DNA from: an uncultured Candidatus Entotheonella sp.
GTDB taxonomy: Bacteria; Tectomicrobia; Entotheonellia; Entotheonellales; Entotheonellaceae
Length of the DNA: 64,000 nucleotides
Assembly (NCBI GenBank): GCA_965217185.1
Contig: OZ244252.1
Coordinates: 2,592,001 to 2,656,000, forward strand
Direction: 5' to 3'
Shown one piece after another: positions 9,677-18,172 of the stretch (its first letter is position 1; each line of letters begins with the position of its first letter). The notes below the pieces were generated by a model. That model worked only from the letters and a program-made list of their open reading frames with translations, did not search any database and was not told the DNA's origin. The position numbers and the translations under genes are program-made.

Positions 9677-10210
9677 ATGGTTGAACATACCGATACTGCG
9701 GCAATAACTGATTGGCTGAAATTACAGGACGAGCAAAGCCTCGGGTCTCGAACTCGTCGCCTCAGTTATGTCATGGAAGTAATCCAGGTACCTCCAGGCA
9801 CCTTTGGCAGATTTCATGGAGAGATTTCTTATCTATGTTACGAGGAAGTACGTTTAGCCTACATTCATGGCTTGTATCTAGCAACAGTTCTGCTGTCTTT
9901 GTCATACGTGGAGCATCAACTTGCAGGCCAATTTCATGGAGCCGGAGAGTCATGGGTGAAGGATGCCAGATTGGAAAAACTCCTCGAAGAAGCATATCAG
10001 CGTGGCATGTTATCCGATGAGGAGTTCAAGGTATTTGATGATCTTCGCGGCATCAGAAATTCGTATGCTCATTTTCGTCATCCTGGCCATGCAACAGGAT
10101 TATTAAATCGATCTGTGGATCAGAATGCTCTACCCCGTGATGTGATGAAAGCGGACGCTGAGAGAGCTTTAGGGGCGTTTGGAAGTTTTCAAGGAAGACA
10201 AGTAGCGTGA
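9677..10210 (+). CDS. Hypothetical helical protein with HEPN-like Rx4H motif
   Basis: DLRGIRNSYAHF; GAGGGAG SD; AT-richer composition. Confidence 0.6.
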   Translation: MVEHTDTAAITDWLKLQDEQSLGSRTRRLSYVMEVIQVPPGTFGRFHGEISYLCYEEVRLAYIHGLYLATVLLSLSYVEHQLAGQFHGAGESWVKDARLEKLLEEAYQRGMLSDEEFKVFDDLRGIRNSYAHFRHPGHATGLLNRSVDQNALPRDVMKADAERALGAFGSFQGRQVA

Positions 10211-10238
10211 CAAAGTGAGTCAGGAGTTGAAGGCGACC

Positions 10239-10553
10239 ATGACCGACCCCAACTGGCAGAACCGCACGATGTGGACGGGCGACAACCTGGACATCACGCG
10301 CGGCATGAACTCCGAATGGGTTGACCTGATCTACCTTGATCCGCCGTTCAACTCCAACCGTAACTACGCCGCGCCATCGGCTCAGAAGCGGCCGGCGCGG
10401 CGTTTTAAGACACCTGGACACTGAGCGACATGGACGAAGCGTGGCACGGCGAAGTGGCCCACCGCGAGCCCACCGGCTTCCTCTAACCTGCATTGCGACC
10501 CCACCGCCAGCCATTACCTCAAGACGCTAATGGATGCGGTGTTCGGGAAGGAA
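10239..10553 (+). pseudogene. N6/N4 DNA methyltransferase remnant
   Basis: GDNL..VDLIYLDPPFNS, frameshift, then IGSEAAGAAF*DTW..AWHGEV, internal deletion, then LHCDPTASHYLKTLMDAVFG; truncated. Confidence 0.82.
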
Positions 10554-10566
10554 GGATCACAGCACC

Positions 10567-11364
10567 ATGATAACCACCGCCCTGACCATCGCCGGCTCGG
10601 ATTCCGGTGGCGGCGCCGGCATTCAGGCCGATCTGAAGACCTTTGCGGCCCTCGGTGTGTACGGCACCAGTGCCATCACGGCCATTACGGCGCAGAATAC
10701 CTGCGGCGTTGACGCCGTGCAGGCCGTTGATGCCGACGTCGTGGCGGCCCAGATTCGCACCGTGGCGTCCGACATTCCCATCAGCGCCGCCAAGACCGGC
10801 ATGCTGTTTTCAACCGACATTATTCGCGCCGTCGCTGCCGCCGTGCGGGCCGCCAACCTGCCATTTCTGGTGGTTGACCCCGTCATGGTAGCCACGAGCG
10901 GCGACCGCCTGCTACAGCCCGACGCCGAGGCCAGCTTGCAAAACGAGATCATCCCCTTAGCCACCGTCGTGACGCCCAACTTGGCGGAAACGGAAGTGCT
11001 GACCGGAGCCAAGGTTCACACGCTCGACGACATGCGCGCCGCCGCCGAGCATCTGGTTGCACACGGCGCCGCCGCCGTGGTGGTGAAGGGCGGACATGCC
11101 ATGACCAAGGCCACGGACGTGTTCTACGACGGCAACCGCATGGAACTGCTGGAGAGCGTGGTGGTCGACACGACGAGCACGCACGGCACCGGCTGCACCT
11201 TTTCCGCCGCCATTTGCGCTTATCTGGCGCGCGGCGCCACCTTGCTGGAGGCCGTGCGCCGCGCCAAAACCTATCTCACCGGCGCCCTGCAGAACGCTGA
11301 CCCGATCGGGCAAGGCAGCGGGCCGGTGGGGCACTTTTGGAACGTCACCCATGCCGCGGATTAG
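10567..11364 (+). CDS. thiD: Hydroxymethylpyrimidine/phosphomethylpyrimidine kinase
   Basis: ALTIAGSDSGGGAGIQADLKTF, TAQNT, VDPVM, THGTGCTFS. Confidence 0.96.
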   Translation: MITTALTIAGSDSGGGAGIQADLKTFAALGVYGTSAITAITAQNTCGVDAVQAVDADVVAAQIRTVASDIPISAAKTGMLFSTDIIRAVAAAVRAANLPFLVVDPVMVATSGDRLLQPDAEASLQNEIIPLATVVTPNLAETEVLTGAKVHTLDDMRAAAEHLVAHGAAAVVVKGGHAMTKATDVFYDGNRMELLESVVVDTTSTHGTGCTFSAAICAYLARGATLLEAVRRAKTYLTGALQNADPIGQGSGPVGHFWNVTHAAD

Positions 11365-12091
11365 GACGCTCCGGGACGCCTTCCACATGACGCCGCATCC
11401 GCAGACACCGGGCCAGCCCCGCGTCACCCTCAGCAAGAAGGCAGCAGCCCCAGCCCCGGCTCGTCTGGGCGTTTTGGGCGGTGCTTACAATCCCATCACC
11501 CTGGCGCATCTGGCCGTTGCCGAAGCTGCCATGGCGCGTTTCGGCATCGACGAGGTGCTGTTTCTGCTGCCGCAGGTGCCGCCGCACAAAACGATCTTCG
11601 GCGCCTCCCTGGAGCAGCGTCTGGAAATGATGCGATTGGCGCTTGAGGACGCCCCGTATGCCGCCGTGGGGCTCAGTTCCCACGGCCTGTTCGTCGATAT
11701 GTACGAGGGTTTGCTGGCAGTCTATCCGCAGCGTCCGCAGGTGTATTTTCTCACCGGCCGCGACGCCGCTGAACGCATCCTTGCCTGGCACTACGACGAC
11801 GCCGAAGAGGCTCTGAAACGTATGTTCGAATCCTTTCAATTCATCGTCTGCTCGCGTCAAGGGGCTTTCAGCCTCCCGGACGACCCGCTTCTGACGCCGT
11901 ACCGCGACCGCATCCATAGCTGCCCTCTGCCGCCGCAGGCCGACGCGATTTCCGCCACCGAAGTGCGTGAGCGGTGCGAACGGGGTCTGCCCATCGACGA
12001 CCTCGTGGCCGCCCCCGTGGCCGATTACATCGCGGCGCACAAGCTGTATGCAGCCTCATCTTCCATGCAAGGTATCGACCCATGCACATAG
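11351..12091 (+). CDS. nadD: Nicotinate-nucleotide adenylyltransferase (start uncertain)
   Basis: GVLGGAYNPITLAH, PPHK, ISATEVRER. Confidence 0.85.
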   Translation: MPRIRTLRDAFHMTPHPQTPGQPRVTLSKKAAAPAPARLGVLGGAYNPITLAHLAVAEAAMARFGIDEVLFLLPQVPPHKTIFGASLEQRLEMMRLALEDAPYAAVGLSSHGLFVDMYEGLLAVYPQRPQVYFLTGRDAAERILAWHYDDAEEALKRMFESFQFIVCSRQGAFSLPDDPLLTPYRDRIHSCPLPPQADAISATEVRERCERGLPIDDLVAAPVADYIAAHKLYAASSSMQGIDPCT

Positions 12092-13137
12092 GCATCATCG
12101 GACTCCCTTCCTGTGGCAAGACCACCGTTTTTCGCGCTCTGACCAGCGCCGCCGCGCCGACCCAAACCTCGCGCACCGGCGGCAAGGGCGATACCCGCGT
12201 GGTCGAAGTCCCGGACGCCCGCCTGCAAACGCTGGCGGACCTGTACAACCCTCGCAAGGTCACGCCCGCCGTGATGTCGTTTGTCGATCCCGTCCTGACC
12301 GGCCAGACGGGCGCGCATTTCGCCGAAAGCCTGCTGACCCTGATGCGGGACGCCGACGCCCTGGCCCACGTGGTGGGTGTGTTCGGCGACGACGTTGACC
12401 CGTTGGGCGATTTCAATGACCTCAACAACGAGGTGTTGCTGGCCGATCTCGCCGTGGTGGAAAAGCGCCTGGAGCGGGTCACCAAGGACTTCGGGAAAAT
12501 GAAGCGGGCGGACCTGCAACGGGAGCAACAGTTGCTACGTCGCTGCCAGGAAGCTCTGGAAGCGGAATGCCCGCTGCGCCGTCTGCCGTTCAGCGAAGAC
12601 GAGCAAAAAGTTCTGCGCGGTTTTGGTCTGCTGAGCAGCAAGGCGCAGCTGGTGGTGCTCAATCTCGATGAGGCCCGCCGCCCGGCCGCCGAAGCACTGG
12701 CTGGGAATTTCAGCGAAAAGTTGGCGGATGACGATGTGCAGGTCATCACCGTATACGGGCAGATCGAGAGCGAAATGACCCAGCTCGACCCCGAAGAGGC
12801 CGAGCTTTTTCAACAAGACCTCGGCCTGCAGGAATCTGGTCTTGACCGCTTCATCCGGGCCTCCTACGCGCTTCTTGGCCTGTGCTCGTTCTTCACGGCC
12901 GGCGAAAAAGATGTGCGCGCCTGGACCATCCCGCACGGTGCTGTGGCGCAACAAGCCGCCGGCGTCATTCACTCCGACTTGGCCCGTGGCTTCATCCGCG
13001 CCGAGGTTATCCATTTCGACGACCTGGTGGCCAGCGGCTCTATGGCCAAGGGCCGCGAGGCCGGCAAGCTGCGCATCGAAGGCAAGACGTATCCGGTTCA
13101 GGACGGCGACGTCCTGACCATCCGTTTCAACGTGTAG
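12082..13137 (+). CDS. ychF: Obg-family ATPase YchF (somewhat divergent)
   Basis: IGIIGLPSCGKTT, VPDARL, FFTAGEKDVRAWT, AGVIHSD, EGKTYPVQDGD. Confidence 0.9.
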   Translation: MHIGIIGLPSCGKTTVFRALTSAAAPTQTSRTGGKGDTRVVEVPDARLQTLADLYNPRKVTPAVMSFVDPVLTGQTGAHFAESLLTLMRDADALAHVVGVFGDDVDPLGDFNDLNNEVLLADLAVVEKRLERVTKDFGKMKRADLQREQQLLRRCQEALEAECPLRRLPFSEDEQKVLRGFGLLSSKAQLVVLNLDEARRPAAEALAGNFSEKLADDDVQVITVYGQIESEMTQLDPEEAELFQQDLGLQESGLDRFIRASYALLGLCSFFTAGEKDVRAWTIPHGAVAQQAAGVIHSDLARGFIRAEVIHFDDLVASGSMAKGREAGKLRIEGKTYPVQDGDVLTIRFNV

Positions 13138-13161
13138 GCATCTGAAAGCAAGGAGCTAGTC

Positions 13162-14400
13162 ATGGCAGACAAGGCCCTGGAGGGCGTGCGCATCCTGGAC
13201 ATGACCCACGTGCAGTCGGGTCCGTCGTGCACCCAGATTCTCGGATTTCTCGGCGCCGACGTCATCAAGCTGGAGCCCCCCGGACGCGGCGACATCACCC
13301 GCGGGCAGTTGCGCGATATGCCGGATGTGGACAGCCTCTACTTCACCATGCTCAACTGCAACAAACGCAGCATCACCCTGAACCTCAAGAGCGAGCAGGG
13401 CAAGACGATCTTCACCGAGGTGCTCAAGACCTCCGACGTGGTGGTCGAGAACTTCGGGCCGGGCGTGCTGGCCCGACTGGGCTTCCCGTGGGAGACGATC
13501 CAGGCGATCAACCCGCGCGCCATCTACGCCTCGATCAAGGGCTTCGGTTCCTACGGCCCAAAGAAAGATTTCAAGGCGTACGAACCCATCGCCCAGGCCA
13601 TGGGCGGCTCCATGAGCACCACCGGCCTGGCCGACGGGCCGCCGCTGTGCACAGGCTCGCAGGTCGGCGATTCGGGCTCCGGCATTCACATGGTGGCGGC
13701 CATTCTGGCGGCGCTGTTCCAGCGCACCCACACGGGCCTCGGCCAACGCGTCGAGGTGGCCATGCAGGACAGCGTGCTCAATCTGGTTCGCGTCAAGATG
13801 CGCGATCACCAGCGGCTGCAGCGCGGCCCGTTGCCCGAGTACCCAATTGAGCACTTCGACGACGCGGTGCCGCGCTCCGGCAACGCCTCGGGCGGCGGTC
13901 ATCCCGGTACTGCCCTGCGCTGCAAGCCCGGCGGCCCGAACGACTACATTTACGTGGTCTTCCAGCCGCAGATATGGGATGCCCTGTTGCGCACCATGGG
14001 GCGTGAGGACCTGATTGACGATGAGCGCTTCGCCACCCCGGCGGCGCGCCTGCAGCGTCTTGACGAGGTGTACGCCCTGGTGGAGTCGTGGACGCTGAAA
14101 TACACCAAGTTCGAGGTGATGGAGCATCTGAACGCGATAAATGTGCCCTGCGGCCCGGTGCTGGACAGCGCCGACCTGTTTGAGGACGACCACTTGCGGG
14201 CGCGCGACATGATCGTCGAAGTGCCGCACCCGCAGCGCGGCTCCTTCAAGACGGTCGGCAGCCCGCTGAAATTGTCGGATTCGGCGGTGGACATTACCTC
14301 GTCTCCGCTGCTGGGCGAGCACACCGCCGAGGTCTTGGAACAGGTGATGGGCTACGGCACGGACGAGGTCGACAAACTGCGACAGGACGGGGTGATTTAA
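13162..14400 (+). CDS. frc: Formyl-CoA:oxalate CoA-transferase
   Basis: THVQSGP, DSLYFTMLNCNKRS, GDSGSGIH (catalytic Asp), RSGNASGGGHPG glycine loop. Confidence 0.92.
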   Translation: MADKALEGVRILDMTHVQSGPSCTQILGFLGADVIKLEPPGRGDITRGQLRDMPDVDSLYFTMLNCNKRSITLNLKSEQGKTIFTEVLKTSDVVVENFGPGVLARLGFPWETIQAINPRAIYASIKGFGSYGPKKDFKAYEPIAQAMGGSMSTTGLADGPPLCTGSQVGDSGSGIHMVAAILAALFQRTHTGLGQRVEVAMQDSVLNLVRVKMRDHQRLQRGPLPEYPIEHFDDAVPRSGNASGGGHPGTALRCKPGGPNDYIYVVFQPQIWDALLRTMGREDLIDDERFATPAARLQRLDEVYALVESWTLKYTKFEVMEHLNAINVPCGPVLDSADLFEDDHLRARDMIVEVPHPQRGSFKTVGSPLKLSDSAVDITSSPLLGEHTAEVLEQVMGYGTDEVDKLRQDGVI

Positions 14401-15397
14401 GCCGGTATTTGCAGTCGGGTGTATCCCAGGTCGGAGGGGTTGAATTGGAACGTACCATCCACCATAGCCCGCAGCGTCTGAATGACTGCCTCGGCCGGCA
14501 TGTTGTCCAGGGCCGGCGGTCCCGGCGACACGGGGGACATGACGCAAGCCTGCTGGCTGCGCGGTCCCCACACCAGCGGGTCGGTGGGGCCGAACAAAGC
14601 CAGGGTGGGGATGCCAACAGCGGCCGCGAGATGGGTGACGCCGGAATCGTGACCCACGAAGAGCTCGCACCTCGCCAAGATCGCCGCCAATTCCGGCAAG
14701 GGCACATTTCGCAGCACCTTCCACGTAGGGCCGAGAGCGCTGAGCAACGGGCCGATGCCGCGCTCTTCCTCGACCGGCCCGCAAATCAGGACACCGGGCG
14801 CTCCCTCCTTGGCTGCCACGCCAACACTTGTTGTCAGCCTTTCAAGGGCCACAGCTTATGCCGTCCACCGCCGCCGGGATGCACCGCCAGCACACTGCGT
14901 TGCGGCAATCCCGCCGATTGCCAGAATCGATCAGCGGCTTGCCGGTGCTCCATACCGGGAAACACGCGGGGCTCAGCAGGTGGGACTTGGCTCGCCAATC
15001 CCAGAAGCGGCTGGAGAAGATGGTCGGTCACGTGTACCCCGGCCGCTCGGATGCGGTGGCCAAGTAATGACCTCGCCGGAGCAGTACCGCTTGAGGTTGT
15101 TTGTGAAGGCCACATCAGGTGTCGGCATGTAAGACAGGATCAGGTCGAACCCGCTCAGGTAAGCCGCCAGTTGCTGCGGCACTCGGGGTTCATGGCCGAA
15201 CAGCCGGTAGATTTCCACTACTCAGCGTCAACGATAGCGTCGGCATAGACAGGGTGGCGCGTCAGGCAGCGCTGCTTGGCGGCACCCATCACGTCAACGC
15301 GCGCCCTTGGAAACGCTAGCCGCAGTGCGCCGATCGCCGGCAGGTTGAGAATCACGTCGCCGACCGCTCCGCCGTGTATGACAAGTATCTGTTGCAC
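14397..15397 (-). pseudogene. Glycosyltransferase family 9 (heptosyltransferase-like) pseudogene
   Basis: ILVIHGGAVGDVIL.., VHPGGGGRHKLWP, FVGHDSGVTHLAAA..LFGPT spread over four ORF fragments with 2 stops and 3 frameshifts. Confidence 0.85.
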
Positions 15398-15512
15398 GAC
15401 ACCCCCATGGAAACGCCAGCGCCGAGCTGCCGTTTTCAGGTTGATAGCCCTCTTTTGCCTATGGCCTAAGTACAACAAGATTACGGCGAACAAGGATCAC
15501 TCGCAAAACCCG

Positions 15513-16112
15513 ATGAGGAAGGACCTGCACGGCGAGCCGGCCACAGAGGCGCAGCTTACCTTTCCTTATGGTGTGGCGACCGACGCCGACGGCAACTTCT
15601 ACATCGCAGATACGGAGAATCACAGGATTCGCAAGGTGGATGCCCAGGGCATGATCACGACCATTGCCGGTTCGGGCGAACGCAGCTTCAGTGGCGACGA
15701 AGGTCCCGCCGCTGAAGCGCAATTCAGCCTTCCGGTCGGGTTCGAAATCGACGTGGACGGCAACATCTATATCGCGGATTATGCCTACCCACGCAACCGG
15801 ATTCGCAAAATTGATACAGCGGGGATCATCACCACCATTGCTGAAACGGCCTCCCTCGGCGGCGTGACGGTGGACGCGGACGGCAACGTTTACGTTGTGG
15901 AATCGAGCGTCGGGCGGGTTCTAAAATTGAGTCCGTCCGGCGTGCTCAGCATTATAGCCGGGTCGGCGCACGTCGGTTACGGCGGCGACGGTGGGCCGGC
16001 CACGCTGGCGCAACTTGATGTACCCAAAGGGATCGAAGTCGATGCAGACGGCAACGTCTACGTCGTTGATTCGGAAAACAACCGGGTTCGTAAGCTGACA
16101 CCTAACAGGTGA
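15513..16112 (+). CDS. NHL-repeat protein fragment (5'-truncated)
   Basis: Repeated P.GV.VD.DGN.YI.D..N.RIRK and GDGGPAT.AQL units; begins mid-repeat. Confidence 0.8.
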   Translation: MRKDLHGEPATEAQLTFPYGVATDADGNFYIADTENHRIRKVDAQGMITTIAGSGERSFSGDEGPAAEAQFSLPVGFEIDVDGNIYIADYAYPRNRIRKIDTAGIITTIAETASLGGVTVDADGNVYVVESSVGRVLKLSPSGVLSIIAGSAHVGYGGDGGPATLAQLDVPKGIEVDADGNVYVVDSENNRVRKLTPNR

Positions 16113-16189
16113 GACAACTGACCTGTGAAACCAGAGAGAAGCTGTCAAGCGGCGAGGCTGCCGCGGCAGCTTCTCTCGTCCTTCCCCGC

Positions 16190-18034
16190 CTACCTTTCCA
16201 CTGTCATTACAGGCAAACCGGCCATGTGCATGATCTTCAACGCATTCGTCGTCGGGCAAGGCCCCGAGCGCAGCCGGTAATCGAACACCATTCGACCGTC
16301 GCTGATCTCTTCCCGGAAATGGAAGTTGTGAATCCCCGGCACGTCGTCGGCCATGCCGACGAGTTCCAGGTCGTGGGTGGAAATCACGCCGACGCCGCGG
16401 CCCATGGCGAGGGCCTTGATGTAAGCGCGGCTGCCGGCCAAGCGCTCGTGGTTGTTGGTGCCGCGGAAAATTTCGTCGATCAGGAACAACAGCGGCGTTT
16501 CGTGCTCGGCGTTCAATGCGGTCAGCAGGGCCTTGAGGCGCCGCACCTCGGCGTAAAAATACGAAATGCCGTCCGTTACCGAGTCCGCGACCTGGATGCA
16601 CGTAAACAGCCGCAGCGGCACGGTGCGCAGCTCTTCAGCGTGCACTGAAGCGCCGGCGTAGGCCAGGCACAGGTTGACCCCCAGAGTGCGCAGAAATGTG
16701 CTCTTGCCCGACATGTTGGAGCCGGTGATGAGAGCAATTTCGCCCGGCGCGTCGAAACTGAAATCATTGTGCACGCGCTCGGCATCCGGCAAAAGCGGAT
16801 GCCCCAGGGCGCGCGCCTGCAGAATCGGTTCGCCCTGTGGCACGATTTCCGGGAAGACGTTGTCGGGGTGCAGGTAGCTGTGGGTGGCCAGGGCGCTCAG
16901 GGCTTCCAGGTCGTACCAGGTATGAATCCACACCGGCAGCGTTGCCTTAGCCGACGCCTTGTACCGATTCAGCCGATCGGCGAAGAACAAGTCCCACGGC
17001 ACCAGGACGTTCACCAGAAAGCCGAGCAGGTGGCTCTGTTGCACCCCGGCGGCGCCCGCAATACGCACGATGCTGCGCACCGACGCCGACGGCCGGCTGG
17101 CGGCACGCCAATATGGCTCGCACAGCTTGGCAAGGTGTGGCGTCCTGCCGTAAGGGAATCCCTCCAGGTAAATCAACACGGCGCGCAAATGCCGCAGCAC
17201 CCTTTCGAGCTGGTAGGCATCGGAGAACAGGTTGCGGGCCTCCCGGTGCTTGTAGGTATACAGAACGAGGTAGGCCAGTAACGTTGCGGCCCACAACGGC
17301 GGCAGGTGACCCAGGGCGTACAGGGCCGCGAGTGCGATGTTGGCGAGTGACAAGAGGCCGAGGCCCCACACCCATGGCGTCAACCGGGGCGGCGACTCCT
17401 CCAGAAGCCAATCGACGATCTTATCGGCAGACCAGCGCGCCTGCGGCTGCGTGCCGAGCAGGATGCCATGCAGGTGGAGCCGGTCGCGGAAGCGCGCGAG
17501 CGGTATCAATTCACGGATGATCTGCTGGCGTTCGCGCACCGCTTCAGGGGTCTCCAGCGGGTCCAGGAGCCAGGTGCGCAACCGCGCGCAGCCGCCGTAC
17601 GACGCACTGGTGTCGAGAAGATGGTGCACGGAACGTGGGCCGAACAGGTTCAAGTCGGCGGCGAACGGATGTTCCGGGTCCGGCGGCAGGTCGGGCGGTT
17701 GTGGAACGTTCGCCCAGTCGCGCGTCAGGCGTGCCACGTGGTTGGACTTGATGCGTTTCCACACGGCGTGCCGGATAACGCTGTGATACACACGACGATG
17801 CCAGACCGCTGCCACCACGAAAGCGGCACCAAACACGCCGAGAGTGAGCCAAGTGAAGCTGCCGCCGAGAAAGCGTTCAGCTACGAGCGCGCAGCAAATC
17901 CCCACCAGCACCAGGGCGATCCGAAGGCGCGAAAATTTCCGGCTCAGCCGATCCAGACGCAGCAAGCGGCCATCCAGCAGTTTAATTTGGCGTCGTAACG
18001 CATCCAATCGGCGTTGGCTGGCGTGTGAAATCAT
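16190..18034 (-). CDS. MutS-related ATPase (domain V only) with N-terminal TM helices
   Basis: LITGSNMSGKSTFLR, SYFYAEV, LIDEIFRGTN, STHDLEL, TTNAL; two hydrophobic hairpins. Confidence 0.9.
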   Translation of the reverse strand: MISHASQRRLDALRRQIKLLDGRLLRLDRLSRKFSRLRIALVLVGICCALVAERFLGGSFTWLTLGVFGAAFVVAAVWHRRVYHSVIRHAVWKRIKSNHVARLTRDWANVPQPPDLPPDPEHPFAADLNLFGPRSVHHLLDTSASYGGCARLRTWLLDPLETPEAVRERQQIIRELIPLARFRDRLHLHGILLGTQPQARWSADKIVDWLLEESPPRLTPWVWGLGLLSLANIALAALYALGHLPPLWAATLLAYLVLYTYKHREARNLFSDAYQLERVLRHLRAVLIYLEGFPYGRTPHLAKLCEPYWRAASRPSASVRSIVRIAGAAGVQQSHLLGFLVNVLVPWDLFFADRLNRYKASAKATLPVWIHTWYDLEALSALATHSYLHPDNVFPEIVPQGEPILQARALGHPLLPDAERVHNDFSFDAPGEIALITGSNMSGKSTFLRTLGVNLCLAYAGASVHAEELRTVPLRLFTCIQVADSVTDGISYFYAEVRRLKALLTALNAEHETPLLFLIDEIFRGTNNHERLAGSRAYIKALAMGRGVGVISTHDLELVGMADDVPGIHNFHFREEISDGRMVFDYRLRSGPCPTTNALKIMHMAGLPVMTVER

Positions 18035-18172
18035 CGGAAAGTCGGCTCCGTTCTCTGGGAAAATGACTGTGGCTGCCTGCTGGCGTAACTTGACAGGCAA
18101 CCCAGACGCATGATGTTGTAAAATGGTCTGCTGTCAGGTCAAGGACAAGGACTTGAAAATGGAGCAACAGAT

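Noticed and set aside
10430..10566. TPP riboswitch upstream of thiD
   Set aside because: The region is explained by the methylase remnant, and no CTGAGA/ACCTG riboswitch arrangement lies adjacent to thiD
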